This document shows, piece by piece, positions 38,308 through 48,393 of a DNA stretch of 64,000 bases. The position numbers and the translations under genes are program-made. Position 1 is the stretch's first letter. Each line of letters opens with the position of its first letter. Under the pieces are notes generated by a model that worked only from the letters and a program-made list of their open reading frames with translations, had not been told where the DNA came from and searched no databases. Origin of the DNA: an uncultured Sphingomonadales bacterium (GTDB taxonomy: Bacteria > Pseudomonadota > Alphaproteobacteria > Sphingomonadales > Sphingomonadaceae). Location of the stretch: positions 1,937-65,936 of the forward strand of contig CAILIO010000230.1 of NCBI GenBank assembly GCA_903834285.1, read 5' to 3'.

Positions 38308-40221
38308 ATGGCTCGCCTTTTCCCCGGAACCCGCGAAGCCCCGGAAAGGGGCGCAGTCTCCGGGCCGGAGGCGGGTTCCGAGCTTGATGGTGGTGCGCAG
38401 CGTCCTGCCCTGCCGCTTGGGCCGGCATCGGAACCGCTCGTCGTAGCCGCGACAAACACACGGTCAATGTCCGCCCCAGAAGCACCATCGGCCGATACGG
38501 ACCTCGCGCCGATGGAGCCCGGGCGGGCACTCGCCCTGGCTGACTTTTCTCCGCCGCAGGTCAGTGCCGGCGAACGGCTGATCCGGCTCGCGTACGGAAT
38601 CGGCCTCCCCCCTTCGACTCTCAATCCATTCCGCAAGCGCGCTCGGCCGCGTCTCACCGCCACTGTCGCTAACCCCCTTCCCGGCGATCCTGCGTCTGGA
38701 ACCGCTCTCAGAGCCGGGCATTTCTTGCTGCATGGCGTCAAATTGCCAATCGCGGATACCGAGTTCACCGGCCCCCGCCTCTCTCCGCCGTTCGAGCGGA
38801 TGGTCCATGGTTTCGGTTGGCTTGGCGATCTTGCGGGTTGTGCTCCGCGCCCGCAGTGCGCGCCCGTCGCCGAACGGATCTTTGCCGCCTGGCAAACCGC
38901 CAATCCGCGCCCGGGCTCCGGCCCGGCCTGGGCCGTCGGCAATGCCGGACATCGGCTGTTATCATGGCTGGTCCACGCACCCCTCCTGCTCTCGAGCCAG
39001 GATCGCAAGCTCCGCGCCCGGGTATTGACGACATTTGAAGAAACCGCTCGCTGGCTCGACCGCCATATCGGACGCGCGGAGGATACTCTCGCCGAAGTGG
39101 CCGGCTGGACTGCGATAACCGCGGCCGGTCTGCTGCTTGCCGAAGGGCGCGCGCGCAAGCTCTATGGCGAAGGTGGGTTGATCCGTGCGCTCGGCAATCT
39201 CCTCAGCGATGACGGTGGCGTCCTTTCCCGCAGCCCGCTCGGTCAGATCGAGGCGATCGAACTGCTCATTGCGCTGCGTGCTTGTTATGCCGCGGTGCGC
39301 AGCACACCACCGCCCCAGCTCGATGCGATCCTCGAGCTGCTGGTTCCCCCGTTGCTCACCTTGCTTCACGGCGACGGCGGACTGGGCTCATGGCAAGGCG
39401 CAGGCGCGGTTTCCGCCGACCGGATCGCCGCGCTCATCAAGGCAAGTGGCGTGCGCACCCGCCCGCTGCGCGATGCGCGCCATTGGGGCTACCAGCGGGT
39501 CAGCGCCGGCAGAGCCGTTCTGCAGTTCGATGCCGCCCCGCCGCCGGTCGCGCGCCATGCAAGGGATGGCTGCGCATCGACCCTGGCCTTCGAATTCAGC
39601 CATGGCGGGGAGCGCCTGATCGTCAATTGCGGCGGTGCTGCCTTTGCCGGCGGGCTCATCCCCTTGCGGCTCGCGCAAGGTCTGCGCGCCACGGCGGCGC
39701 ATTCCACGCTCGCGATCGACGATTTCAACTCCACCGCCGTGCTTATCAACGGCAAGCTCGGCCCGGGCGTGTCCGAGGTCGAGGTCGACCGGCGTATCCT
39801 GACCGGCGAGGGCGCCGGGGCCACGCGCATCGAGGCAAGCCACAACGGATATGTCGGCCGCTATGGCCTCACCCACCGGCGCATCCTGATCATTCGTGAC
39901 GACGGTAGCGAACTGCGCGGCGAAGACCTGCTGGTGCCGACCGGTAGGCGGGGCAAGCGGGGAATGATTGGGGTTGCCTTGCGCTTCCATCTCGGTCCTC
40001 ATATCGAACTCGCGCAAGGCAAGGACGGTCTTGGCGTCACCTTGGCCCTGCCCGACGGGAGCCTCTGGCAATTTCGCTCGGGCCGCGATCCAGTCACGCT
40101 CGAGGAAAGCCTGTGGTCCGACGGCATGGGACGGCCGCTTGCCACCCGGCAGCTGGTGATCTCTGCCAAGATTCCGCGCAGCGGCGAGTCGTTCTCGTGG
40201 CTGCTGAAGAAGATGCGCTAG
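38308..40221 (+). CDS. heparinase II/III-family protein (function unknown in this context)
   Basis: GHRLLSWLVHAPLLL, AHSTLAIDDFNS and EASHNGYVGRYGLTHRR resemble the heparinase II/III C-terminal domain. Sits between rpe and purH. Confidence 0.65.
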   Translation: MARLFPGTREAPERGAVSGPEAGSELDGGAQRPALPLGPASEPLVVAATNTRSMSAPEAPSADTDLAPMEPGRALALADFSPPQVSAGERLIRLAYGIGLPPSTLNPFRKRARPRLTATVANPLPGDPASGTALRAGHFLLHGVKLPIADTEFTGPRLSPPFERMVHGFGWLGDLAGCAPRPQCAPVAERIFAAWQTANPRPGSGPAWAVGNAGHRLLSWLVHAPLLLSSQDRKLRARVLTTFEETARWLDRHIGRAEDTLAEVAGWTAITAAGLLLAEGRARKLYGEGGLIRALGNLLSDDGGVLSRSPLGQIEAIELLIALRACYAAVRSTPPPQLDAILELLVPPLLTLLHGDGGLGSWQGAGAVSADRIAALIKASGVRTRPLRDARHWGYQRVSAGRAVLQFDAAPPPVARHARDGCASTLAFEFSHGGERLIVNCGGAAFAGGLIPLRLAQGLRATAAHSTLAIDDFNSTAVLINGKLGPGVSEVEVDRRILTGEGAGATRIEASHNGYVGRYGLTHRRILIIRDDGSELRGEDLLVPTGRRGKRGMIGVALRFHLGPHIELAQGKDGLGVTLALPDGSLWQFRSGRDPVTLEESLWSDGMGRPLATRQLVISAKIPRSGESFSWLLKKMR

Positions 40222-40236
40222 ACAGGATTTTCCATT

Positions 40237-41829
40237 GTGATTGACGTGACGATCAAGCGGGCGCTGCTTTCGGTGTCCGACAAGACCGGCCTTGCCGACC
40301 TCGGCTGTGTCCTGGCTGCCCATGGCGTCGAATTGGTCTCGACAGGCGGGACCGCAGCCGCGCTGCGCCAGGCCGGGCTTGCCGTGCGCGACATCTCGGA
40401 CCTTACCGGCTTTCCCGAAATGATGGATGGCCGCGTCAAGACGCTGCATCCCAAGGTCCACGGCGGCCTGCTGGCCGTGCGTGACGACCCGGCTCATGCC
40501 GCATCCATGGCAGAGCATGCGATTGGCGCGATCGACCTCGTCGTGGTCAATCTCTACCCCTTCGCGGCGACGGTCGCCAAGGGCGCCGGCCGTGACGAGG
40601 TGATCGAGAACATCGACATCGGCGGCCCGTCGATGGTCCGCTCTGCCGCCAAGAATCATCACTATGTGACCATCGTGACAGACCCTGCCGACTATCCGGT
40701 GCTGATCGCCGCGCTGGATCAGACCGGCGGGGCCACGAGCCTCGATTTTCGGAAGGCCATGGCCGCCAAAGCCTACGCTGCCACTGCGGCGTATGATGTG
40801 GCCATCGCGCAATGGTTTGCCCTTACGGATCAAGAGCAGCACTTCCCGGCAACCCTGCTGAGCGCCAACAAGCTGGTTTCCACCCTGCGCTACGGCGAGA
40901 ATCCCCACCAGAGCGCCGCACTCTACGTCCCGGCACTAGGCGGCGCGATACAAGGTCTTCCACAGGCCCGGCAAATGCAGGGCAAGGAACTGTCCTACAA
41001 CAATTACAATGATGCCAATGCGGCGCTGGAACTCATTGCCGAGTTCGGACCTGACAACCCTGCGGTGGTGATCGTCAAGCACGCCAACCCGTGCGGCGTG
41101 GCCGTCGCTGAAACCCCGCTGGAGGCCTGGCAAGCCGCGCTTGCGTGCGATTCGGTTTCCGCATTCGGCGGGATCGTCGCATTGAACCGCCCGCTTGATG
41201 GCCCCACGGCTGAAGCCATCTGCGAGATCTTCACCGAAGTCGTTGTCGCTCCGGGAGCAGATGACGCCGCGCTTGCGACCTTTGCGCGCAAGAAGAATTT
41301 GCGGCTCCTGCTGATCGATGAGCTGCCCGCCCCAAACCGCAAGAGTCTGGTGACGGTTCCGATCGTGGGAGGCGTTCTCGTACAGGATCGTGACAACGGC
41401 ACACTGACTGACGAGATGCTGCAGGTGGTCACCAAGCGCCAGCCAACCAAGCAGGAGCTGGCGGACTGCCGCTTTGCCTGGACTGTGGCCAAGCACGTCA
41501 AATCGAACGCGATCGTCTACGCTCGCGAAGGCGTGACCGCCGGGATCGGGGCGGGCCAGATGAACCGGCGAGACAGCGCCCGGATTGCGGCGGTGAAAGC
41601 CCAAGAAGCGGCCAAGACCCATGGATGGGCCACCCCACGCACTGCGGGCTCAGCAGTTGCTTCCGATGCTTTCTTCCCGTTTGCCGACGGCCTCATGGCC
41701 GCAGTAGAAGCCGGCGCGACGGCCGTTATCCAGCCGGGCGGCTCGATCCGCGACGATGAAGTCATCGCCGCCGCAGACGCAGCCGGCATTGCCATGGTGT
41801 TCACCGGCATGCGCCACTTCAGACACTAA
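40237..41829 (+). CDS. purH: bifunctional AICAR formyltransferase / IMP cyclohydrolase PurH
   Basis: [60 protein letters not shown]-terminus. GTG start. Confidence 0.95.
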   Translation: MIDVTIKRALLSVSDKTGLADLGCVLAAHGVELVSTGGTAAALRQAGLAVRDISDLTGFPEMMDGRVKTLHPKVHGGLLAVRDDPAHAASMAEHAIGAIDLVVVNLYPFAATVAKGAGRDEVIENIDIGGPSMVRSAAKNHHYVTIVTDPADYPVLIAALDQTGGATSLDFRKAMAAKAYAATAAYDVAIAQWFALTDQEQHFPATLLSANKLVSTLRYGENPHQSAALYVPALGGAIQGLPQARQMQGKELSYNNYNDANAALELIAEFGPDNPAVVIVKHANPCGVAVAETPLEAWQAALACDSVSAFGGIVALNRPLDGPTAEAICEIFTEVVVAPGADDAALATFARKKNLRLLLIDELPAPNRKSLVTVPIVGGVLVQDRDNGTLTDEMLQVVTKRQPTKQELADCRFAWTVAKHVKSNAIVYAREGVTAGIGAGQMNRRDSARIAAVKAQEAAKTHGWATPRTAGSAVASDAFFPFADGLMAAVEAGATAVIQPGGSIRDDEVIAAADAAGIAMVFTGMRHFRH

Positions 41830-41843
41830 TCTCGAAGCTCCCG

Positions 41844-41874
41844 TATCGGGCGCGAAAGGCAATCGCGCCCGATA
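41844..41874. terminator. hairpin between convergent purH and the cell-wall hydrolase gene
   Basis: Perfect 12-bp stem TATCGGGCGCGA (41844-41855) / TCGCGCCCGATA (41863-41874), loop AAGGCAA. No strong U-tract on either side. Confidence 0.45.
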
Positions 41875-41882
41875 GGAAACGT

Positions 41883-42533
41883 TCAGCGATAGAAGACGTG
41901 GTTGTCGACGCGCGCCATGCGGGTCTTGCCCCAGGCCGGCGTGACATGCGCGGCGTGGAAGAACATCGCGCCTTCCACCGGACTTTGCCAAGCGCCGCTA
42001 TCGGCAATGAGCGCGATCTTCACGGCCTGCTGCCATAAGCGGTTGTCGTGATTCACTACCGGCATCGCATTGGCGTGAACAAACGAGAACTGCGAAGGCT
42101 GGTAGACCACACCGCAGTAGGAACTGGGGAAGCGACCCGATGCGGCGCGCGTCACGATCACCCGGCCGACGGCGAGCTGGCCAGCCAGGGTCTCGCTGCG
42201 GGCTTCGAAGTATATCGCGCCAGCAAGGCACTCCATCTCGCGTGAGAGCGAAGCGGGAAGCGGGGTGCGCTCAACGAGATCGGCGAGCGATGCCGCGCTC
42301 GGAGACGCTTCCCCATTGTTGGGATCGATCCGCTCCGGTTGGGGAAGGGGCTGTTCGACTGGCCGGAACACGCTCTGACGGGGTTCAACGGTTATGGCCG
42401 ACGATCCAGTTGCCTCGGCAACGGGGATCTGGATATCCTGTGCCTTGGCGCCGGATCCACCGGTGCTGAACAGGATGGTAGCAAGACTAGCGGCAATGCA
42501 CACGGCACTGGCAACGCGGAACTGGTGACTCAT
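41883..42533 (-). CDS. cell wall hydrolase (SleB-like domain)
   Basis: Signal peptide, then CLAGAIYFEARSETLAGQLAVGRVIVTRAASGRFPSSYCGVVYQPSQFSF and FFHAAHVTPAW, typical of the SleB hydrolase_2 domain. Confidence 0.8.
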   Translation of the reverse strand: MSHQFRVASAVCIAASLATILFSTGGSGAKAQDIQIPVAEATGSSAITVEPRQSVFRPVEQPLPQPERIDPNNGEASPSAASLADLVERTPLPASLSREMECLAGAIYFEARSETLAGQLAVGRVIVTRAASGRFPSSYCGVVYQPSQFSFVHANAMPVVNHDNRLWQQAVKIALIADSGAWQSPVEGAMFFHAAHVTPAWGKTRMARVDNHVFYR

Positions 42534-42734
42534 GCATCTTTGTCATTGGGCGGTGAACGTCGGCGCAAGGCGCGATAGGTTCCGGTTTCGCAGGTCATTT
42601 CTGCAACATCGGATTCCGCTCGAAGGCCTTGGCGTCCGCCCCCCGTCTGCGCGCTGGCGGGGGTGGCCTCTTTGCCATCCCATCGCTGCCTACGCCTGGT
42701 AGAGTGGCGCCCCTTATGGAGTGCGCAGGGCAAG

Positions 42735-43112
42735 TCAACCTGTGAATCCGGGGCTGTTCTCCGTTGCCGCCAGATTCAGGATAAACCGTTCACCTTCAGC
42801 GATGGTCAGTTCGACCACCCACAAATCCCGATCCTGCGCCATGCGCCGCGTCAGATAGATCTCAAACTCTTGTTTATTTTCAGTGTCTTGCTCTTTCGAA
42901 AGTGCCCATCCGCGCGTTCCATCCGGTTTTGGCAGGCGCTCGAACGCGCGCGCGAGCGACTGGCCAAAGCCTTGATTATCGAGGATAACAATCAGAATCG
43001 TGCCGCTGTCAGGCTCGCCCCGGTGGAGCACCATGCCAAATCCGCCATTGGCCTCTGCCAAGCGAATCAGGGCCGACGCTTCCAAGCCTGCCGGAAGGCG
43101 GCCCGCGCTCAT
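42735..43112 (-). CDS. DUF1491-family protein
   Basis: RLPAGLEASALIRLAEANGGFGMVLHRGEPDSGTILIVI resembles the remembered DUF1491 family. Confidence 0.6.
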   Translation of the reverse strand: MSAGRLPAGLEASALIRLAEANGGFGMVLHRGEPDSGTILIVILDNQGFGQSLARAFERLPKPDGTRGWALSKEQDTENKQEFEIYLTRRMAQDRDLWVVELTIAEGERFILNLAATENSPGFTG

Positions 43113-43205
43113 GCTGGAAGGGTTGAATGAGCGATGGGCGAGGATTGAAACGTTGCCTCAACCCACGTCACCGCGCTGCCTGCGACATCCAACACGACTG
43201 ATTTT

Positions 43206-43667
43206 CTAGGCTGCGTCGCGGTCGATGACATTGACGAGCAATGCGTAGATCGCATCGGCATCGGGGGCGGCAATCAGCCGTTCATGCATGCGCTCGTCGC
43301 GCATGAGACGCGAAATCGCCGCGAGGGCCTGCAAGTGCGTTGCACCGGCCTGCTCGGGTGAGAGAAGGCCAAAAACGCAATCAACCGGCATGCCATCCGA
43401 CGATGTGAAATCGACGGGACTTTCGAGACGGAAGAAGGCCGCAACCGGCCGCGCAAGGCTCTCAAGTCTTGCATGGGGAATAGCAACGCCACGCCCGAAG
43501 CCGGTGCTGCCCAGCGTTTCACGCTCCTCGATCCGTTCGAGCACCGTCGCGCGGTCAAGCCCGTAAACCTCGCCGAAGCAATCCGCGAGCTCGCGGAGGA
43601 TCTGCGTCTTGGTTTCGGCACGAACAATGCGCACCGCCTGAAGATCGATCGAAAAAAGAGCGGTCAT
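43206..43667 (-). CDS. ptsN: PTS IIA-like nitrogen regulatory protein PtsN (EIIA-Ntr)
   Basis: RETLGSTGFGRGVAIPHARL contains the phosphorylatable His. 153 aa. Downstream of hpf. Confidence 0.9.
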   Translation of the reverse strand: MTALFSIDLQAVRIVRAETKTQILRELADCFGEVYGLDRATVLERIEERETLGSTGFGRGVAIPHARLESLARPVAAFFRLESPVDFTSSDGMPVDCVFGLLSPEQAGATHLQALAAISRLMRDERMHERLIAAPDADAIYALLVNVIDRDAA

Positions 43668-43818
43668 GGAAACAGTGATGCCGGAAAATGCGCTTGCGCG
43701 CCTGATGTGGAGCGGCCCATGCGCCCGAACGCGGCGCGGTGCAAGTACCGAATCGCGTTCGCCCTGACCCTGATCCCCGCAGTGGACATCAGATCGCCAC
43801 CTGCTGTTACCGCTTCGC

Positions 43819-44385
43819 TTACTTGGTTGGTTCTACCCAGCCGATCGAACCATCGCCGCGTCGATAGACCATGTTGTGCACACCAGTACCCGCGTTCTTG
43901 AACAAAAGCGCGTTGGTATTGCGCAGATCAAGCATCATGACCGCATCCGAGACGCTGGCCGTAGGCACGTCGACGCGCGTTTCGGCGATCACCAGCGGCG
44001 CATCGGCGGGTTCTTCGGTTTCGGTCTCTTCGACAACGAATACGGTATAGGCCGCGTCGTCTTCGCGCCGGGCATGGTCGGCCTGATCCTGTCGTGCGGT
44101 GATCCGGCGCTTGTAACGGCGCAGCTGTTTGTCGATCTTTTCGGCCGACTGGTCGAGGGCGATGTGGGCATCCTGCGCCACTGCACTTCCCTTCAGAATC
44201 AGGCCCTGCGCGACATGGGTGACGATATCGCAGCGGAACCCGCCGTGCGGTGCCTTACCAAGCGTGACGTGTGAGGTAAGCGCGCGCGAAAAGTACTTGT
44301 CGACAATCGCGGAGAGGCGCTCTTCTGCATGAGCTTCGAAGGCGGCGCCGGTATCAACCTGGTGGCCCGAAACGCGAATATCCAT
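43819..44385 (-). CDS. hpf: ribosome hibernation-promoting factor, long form
   Basis: MDIRVSGHQVDTGAAFEAHAEERL ... FRCDIVTHV is the N-terminal S30AE domain, with a C-terminal dimerisation domain MLDLRNTNALLFKNAGTGVHNMVYRRGDGSIGWVEP. Confidence 0.9.
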   Translation of the reverse strand: MDIRVSGHQVDTGAAFEAHAEERLSAIVDKYFSRALTSHVTLGKAPHGGFRCDIVTHVAQGLILKGSAVAQDAHIALDQSAEKIDKQLRRYKRRITARQDQADHARREDDAAYTVFVVEETETEEPADAPLVIAETRVDVPTASVSDAVMMLDLRNTNALLFKNAGTGVHNMVYRRGDGSIGWVEPTK

Positions 44386-44440
44386 AAGTCCATTCTCCTT
44401 CGCTCAATCAATTGCCCGGGATGAACCGGGCGAGGCGGAA

Positions 44441-45130
44441 TCATTGCAGCCAGATGGCGTCTTTGATCGCCTCGACAAATGCAGCATGCCGGGCCTGCTC
44501 CTCTGCATTGGGTGCATGCGGCCGTGCGGGGCGAGGTGTGCGGGAGGAAGAGGTGCGGACCGGAACAGCCACCACCGCTGCCTTGATCTCGACTTCGGCC
44601 GCGAGTTCCAGACCGATCTGCCGGCCGCCCATGAGCTCGACATAAAGCTGCGCCAGAAGTTCCGCGTCGAGCAGCGCGCCGTGGCGGACCCGGTGGCTGC
44701 GATCGATCCCGTACCGCGAGCAAAGCGCATCCAGACTGAGCTTAGCCCCAGGATGCTTGCGGCGGGCAATCGCCACCGTATCGACCATGCGCCCCCGGTC
44801 GACCGGGGGCAGTTCGCACATGGCAAGCTCGGCATTGAGGAAGCCGAAGTCGAACCCTGCGTTGTGCGCGACCAGAGGCGCTTCACCGAGGAATGCGAGC
44901 AATTCGTCGGCGCGTTCGGCAAAGCGCGGCTTGTCGGCCAGAAAAGCGCTTGAGAGACCGTGCACGGCTTCAGCTTCGGCCGGCATGGATCGTTCGGGAT
45001 TGAAATATGCATGAAAAACGGCGCCAGTAGGCACACGGTTGAGCATTTCGATGCAGCCAATTTCTACCAGCCGATCACCGCTCTGCGGGTCGAGGCCGGT
45101 CGTCTCTGTATCGAAAACGATCTCACGCAT
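44441..45130 (-). CDS. dnaQ: DNA polymerase III epsilon subunit (3'-5' proofreading exonuclease)
   Basis: Exo I MREIVFDTETTGLDP, Exo II LVAHNAGFDFGFL, Exo III HGALLDAELLAQLY. Confidence 0.92.
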   Translation of the reverse strand: MREIVFDTETTGLDPQSGDRLVEIGCIEMLNRVPTGAVFHAYFNPERSMPAEAEAVHGLSSAFLADKPRFAERADELLAFLGEAPLVAHNAGFDFGFLNAELAMCELPPVDRGRMVDTVAIARRKHPGAKLSLDALCSRYGIDRSHRVRHGALLDAELLAQLYVELMGGRQIGLELAAEVEIKAAVVAVPVRTSSSRTPRPARPHAPNAEEQARHAAFVEAIKDAIWLQ

Positions 45131-45170
45131 TTGAAGTAGTCTGGACCCGCGGGCAGGGGCTTGCAAGGCT

Positions 45171-45773
45171 TCAGCGCGGGTTTTTTTGCCGAATGGAAGC
45201 GACCAGCGCCGAAACCTGCGCGCGGGTTTCAGACAGCGTGACGCCGGTATCGATCAGGTGATCGGCCCGGGCACGCTTATCGGCATCTGGCACTTGGAGG
45301 GCCAGTATCTGCGTGAATCTTTCCGGCGTCATGCCGGGCCGCGCAAGCACGCGATCGCGTTGCATTTTGGCAGGGGCAGAGACGACGACAACCGCATCAA
45401 GCCCGGCGCCATGGCCTTTTTCGTAAAGCAACGGAATGTCGAACACGACGATGGGCTGCCCGGCATGCTCCAGCATGAAGGTCGCTCGCTCCTCCGCGAC
45501 CGCCGGGTGAACGATGGCCTCGAGCCGGGCAAGCGCCTCGGCATCGCCGAACACGTGCGCACCGAGCGCTGGACGATCCACACCGCCAGCGCCGGTCGTG
45601 CCGGGAAACGCAGCCTCGATGGCCGGAAGCAAGCTTCCGCCGGGCCCCTGAAGGCGATGGACAGTGGCGTCGGCATCGAACACCGGCACGCCAAGTTCGC
45701 GCAGCATCAGAGCAACGGCGGACTTGCCCATGCCGATCGAGCCGGTCAGGCCGAGGATGAAGGGGCGGCTCAC
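45171..45773 (-). CDS. coaE: dephospho-CoA kinase
   Basis: P-loop LGLTGSIGMGKS, then DADATVHRL and FDIPLLYEK. Confidence 0.9.
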   Translation of the reverse strand: MSRPFILGLTGSIGMGKSAVALMLRELGVPVFDADATVHRLQGPGGSLLPAIEAAFPGTTGAGGVDRPALGAHVFGDAEALARLEAIVHPAVAEERATFMLEHAGQPIVVFDIPLLYEKGHGAGLDAVVVVSAPAKMQRDRVLARPGMTPERFTQILALQVPDADKRARADHLIDTGVTLSETRAQVSALVASIRQKNPR

Positions 45774-46624
45774 GCGCCAAGCAACTTGCGAAGCTCGACA
45801 TCCACATCGCGGGGCGGCTCCGCGCCGAAAAAGCGGCGAAACGCGTGGTCGGCCTGACCGATGAGCATCGACAGACCGTCAATAGTGCGAAAGCCGGCAG
45901 CACGGGCCGACTGTAGGAACGGCGTGTTGAGCGGGCTGGTCACGATGTCGTAGAAAATCGAGCCTGGCGGGGCGTGGCTCAGGTCAAATCCCAGCGGAGG
46001 CTGTCCGGTCATACCGAGCGAGGACGCGTTGACGATGAGATCAAGGCAGCCGTCGCGATCATCGAAGGCGAAGTCGGTGGGATCCGCAAAGTGGGCGATG
46101 TCGACGACATGGTGTTCGCCGGCGGGATCAAGCTCATCGAGCAGCGCGCGGGCCTTGTCTGGATTGCGACCTGCCAGCACGATCACAAGCTGCGCATCGG
46201 CGAGGCCCTTGATGATGGCGCGCGCGGCGCCGCCGGTGCCGAGGACGCGGGCCATGCGGAAATAGTGCGTGCGCTCAAGTTCGGCGTGCAAGGGTTCGAG
46301 GAAGCCGGGGACATCAGTGTTGTAGCCGACGAGTTGGCCTGCCTCGGGCACGATGGTGTTCACCGCACCGACCGCAACAGCGAGCGGGTCGATGCGATCG
46401 AGCAGCGGGATCACAGCCTGCTTGTGGGGCATGGTGACGTTGCAGCCGCGCCACTGGGGATCGCTGCGGCGGGTGTTTAGGAATTCACCAAGTTCGCCCG
46501 TGTGAACGTGCGTGGCCTTGTAATCTGCTTTTATATCATAAATTTGTAGCCAGAAGCCGTGGATCGCCGGAGACTTGGACTGGGCAATCGGATCGCCGAT
46601 CACTTCGGCGTATGGGAGACTCAT
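45770..46624 (-). CDS. aroE: shikimate dehydrogenase
   Basis: [37 protein letters not shown]. Start ATG 46624 overlaps the maf stop, and its own stop overlaps the coaE start. Confidence 0.9.
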   Translation of the reverse strand: MSLPYAEVIGDPIAQSKSPAIHGFWLQIYDIKADYKATHVHTGELGEFLNTRRSDPQWRGCNVTMPHKQAVIPLLDRIDPLAVAVGAVNTIVPEAGQLVGYNTDVPGFLEPLHAELERTHYFRMARVLGTGGAARAIIKGLADAQLVIVLAGRNPDKARALLDELDPAGEHHVVDIAHFADPTDFAFDDRDGCLDLIVNASSLGMTGQPPLGFDLSHAPPGSIFYDIVTSPLNTPFLQSARAAGFRTIDGLSMLIGQADHAFRRFFGAEPPRDVDVELRKLLGA

Positions 46625-47205
46625 ACCGGCAGCTCTCCCTGCGCGCGCAGCGCAGCCAGCAGGGCGAGGAGGGGCATGCCGAGCACGGTGAAATGGCTGC
46701 CTTCGATATGTTCGAAGAGCTGGACGCCCAGCGCCTCGATCCGGAACACGCCGACGCAGCCGCCAACGGCGGGCCATTCCTGCGCCAGATAGCCTTCGAT
46801 GAATTCGCTTGAGAGCGTGCGCACGCGCAGCTTGGCGGTTTCGACATGACGCCAGACCGGGACGGCATCGCGCGCGAGAATGGCCGCGGAATGCAAGTGC
46901 ATGGTCTGGCCGGAAAAGAACGCGAGATGCCGCGCGGCATCCTCGCGGGTCGCGGGCTTGTCGAACGTGCGGCCGCAAACCTCAACCAGCGAATCGCCGC
47001 CCAGCACCAGCCGCCCCGGCGCCCCGACCGAAACGGCAAGCGCCTTGGCCTCGGCCAGTATCATTGCGATCTCGTTGCCGCAGACGCCGATCAGCTCGCG
47101 CTTGATCTCGGCCTCGTCGACATCCGAACCGCGCGCCTCGAACAACACGCCCGCCGCGCTCAGCATGGCCTTCCGGCTCGCGCTTTGTGACGCCAGTATC
47201 AGCAT
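46621..47205 (-). CDS. maf: Maf-family nucleoside triphosphate pyrophosphatase
   Basis: [19 protein letters not shown] ... VLGGDSLV ... [28 protein letters not shown]. Confidence 0.88.
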   Translation of the reverse strand: MLILASQSASRKAMLSAAGVLFEARGSDVDEAEIKRELIGVCGNEIAMILAEAKALAVSVGAPGRLVLGGDSLVEVCGRTFDKPATREDAARHLAFFSGQTMHLHSAAILARDAVPVWRHVETAKLRVRTLSSEFIEGYLAQEWPAVGGCVGVFRIEALGVQLFEHIEGSHFTVLGMPLLALLAALRAQGELPV

Positions 47206-47215
47206 GTTCTCACCT

Positions 47216-48058
47216 TCAAAATGCATGGCCTCCACCGCTGGCAGCGCCGTCCGGACGGCGCTCGTTATAGAGATTGATCACGGCGGCTGCGGTTTCCTCG
47301 ATGGAACGGCGCGAGACGTCAATCACAGGCCAGCCATTGTCAGCAAACATGCGCCGCGCGTATTGCACCTCGCGCGCCACGTGGTCGCTGTCGACATAAG
47401 CCGTCTCGGGCGCCTGATTCAAGGAAAGAAGCCGGTTCCGCCGCACCTGGATCAGCCGTTCGGGGCTGGTCGTCAGGCCCACGACAAGCGGCCGCCGCAA
47501 GCTGAACAGCGCAGGTGGCGGCGGGCTTTCGACCACGATGGGAATGTTCGCCACGCGGTATCCGCGGTTGGCGAGGTAGATCGCGGTCGGGGTCTTGGAC
47601 GAGCGCGAGACACCCGCAAGCACGATGTCCGCGGCTTCCCAGTCTTCCCACGCAATACCGTCGTCATGGGCAATCGTGAACTGGATCGCCTCGACCCGGC
47701 GGAAATAGGCATCGTCCATCGCGTGCTGGCGGCCCGGCCGGCCTTTGGCCGCCTGCCCGAGCTGCGCCTCGAGCGCGAGCGTGACCGCATCGAGCGCGGG
47801 AACGCTTGGCAGCCCCAGGGCGGCACAACGGCTTTGCAGAAGCTCGCGCGTTTCGGCATTGACCATGGTGAACAGCACAAGGCCGGGATTGGCGGTGATT
47901 TCCCCCATGATGCGGTCAAGATGCTGTTGCGAGCGGACCATCGGCCAGAAATGACGCACGACATCGGCATCGTCGAACTGCGCCAGCGCGGCCTTAGCGA
48001 TCATTTCGAGCGTTTCGCCGGTCGAATCCGACAAAAGATGCAGGTGCAGGCGTGCCAT
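47216..48058 (-). CDS. ppsR: pyruvate, water dikinase regulatory protein (PpsR/DUF299 kinase-pyrophosphorylase)
   Basis: [14 protein letters not shown] ... [16 protein letters not shown] ... RRSIEETAA are family signatures. Confidence 0.85.
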   Translation of the reverse strand: MARLHLHLLSDSTGETLEMIAKAALAQFDDADVVRHFWPMVRSQQHLDRIMGEITANPGLVLFTMVNAETRELLQSRCAALGLPSVPALDAVTLALEAQLGQAAKGRPGRQHAMDDAYFRRVEAIQFTIAHDDGIAWEDWEAADIVLAGVSRSSKTPTAIYLANRGYRVANIPIVVESPPPPALFSLRRPLVVGLTTSPERLIQVRRNRLLSLNQAPETAYVDSDHVAREVQYARRMFADNGWPVIDVSRRSIEETAAAVINLYNERRPDGAASGGGHAF

Positions 48059-48393
48059 TCAGGTTCCCGATCAACCCCGGGAAGGAGCTGTGGATAGCAC
48101 TAGGATAAACCACGGGAGGAAAGCGGCGACAAGTTTGCGATGCGATTGTGTACCCGGCTTGGGTCTGCGGGCAGCCACGTTGCCAACAGGCGCGCGGATC
48201 TGTCCACAGGCGGGGGACAACGGGGACAAGTTTCGCTTGCCCCCGAAAGCGTTCAGAGTCGCTGACACGCTTTTTTGTGGAGAGAGCAGGACAATTCGGG
48301 CAGATGCATGTCGTCCCCGCTTTCCACAGGGCCAACTAACTACTCCAATCTGATTCAAAAGAATCTATAGATGTGATTTGGACCGACGCACTG
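48059..48393. other. candidate chromosomal replication origin (oriC) in the ppsR-hemE intergenic region
   Basis: 335-bp non-coding gap. DnaA-box-like 9-mers at 48089-48097 (TGTGGATAG), 48200-48208, 48276-48284 and 48320-48328. GANTC sites at 48256, 48352 and 48361. Locally AT-rich 48330-48380. hemE adjacency and nearby rho-mnmE-mnmG-rsmG-parAB. Confidence 0.5.

Noticed and set aside
37674-40908. 494-aa and 506-aa minus-strand ORFs (37674-39158, 39388-40908) spanning rpe, the heparinase-family gene and purH
   Set aside because: They overlap confidently called plus-strand genes, and their low-complexity Arg/Pro/Ala-rich translations match no family.
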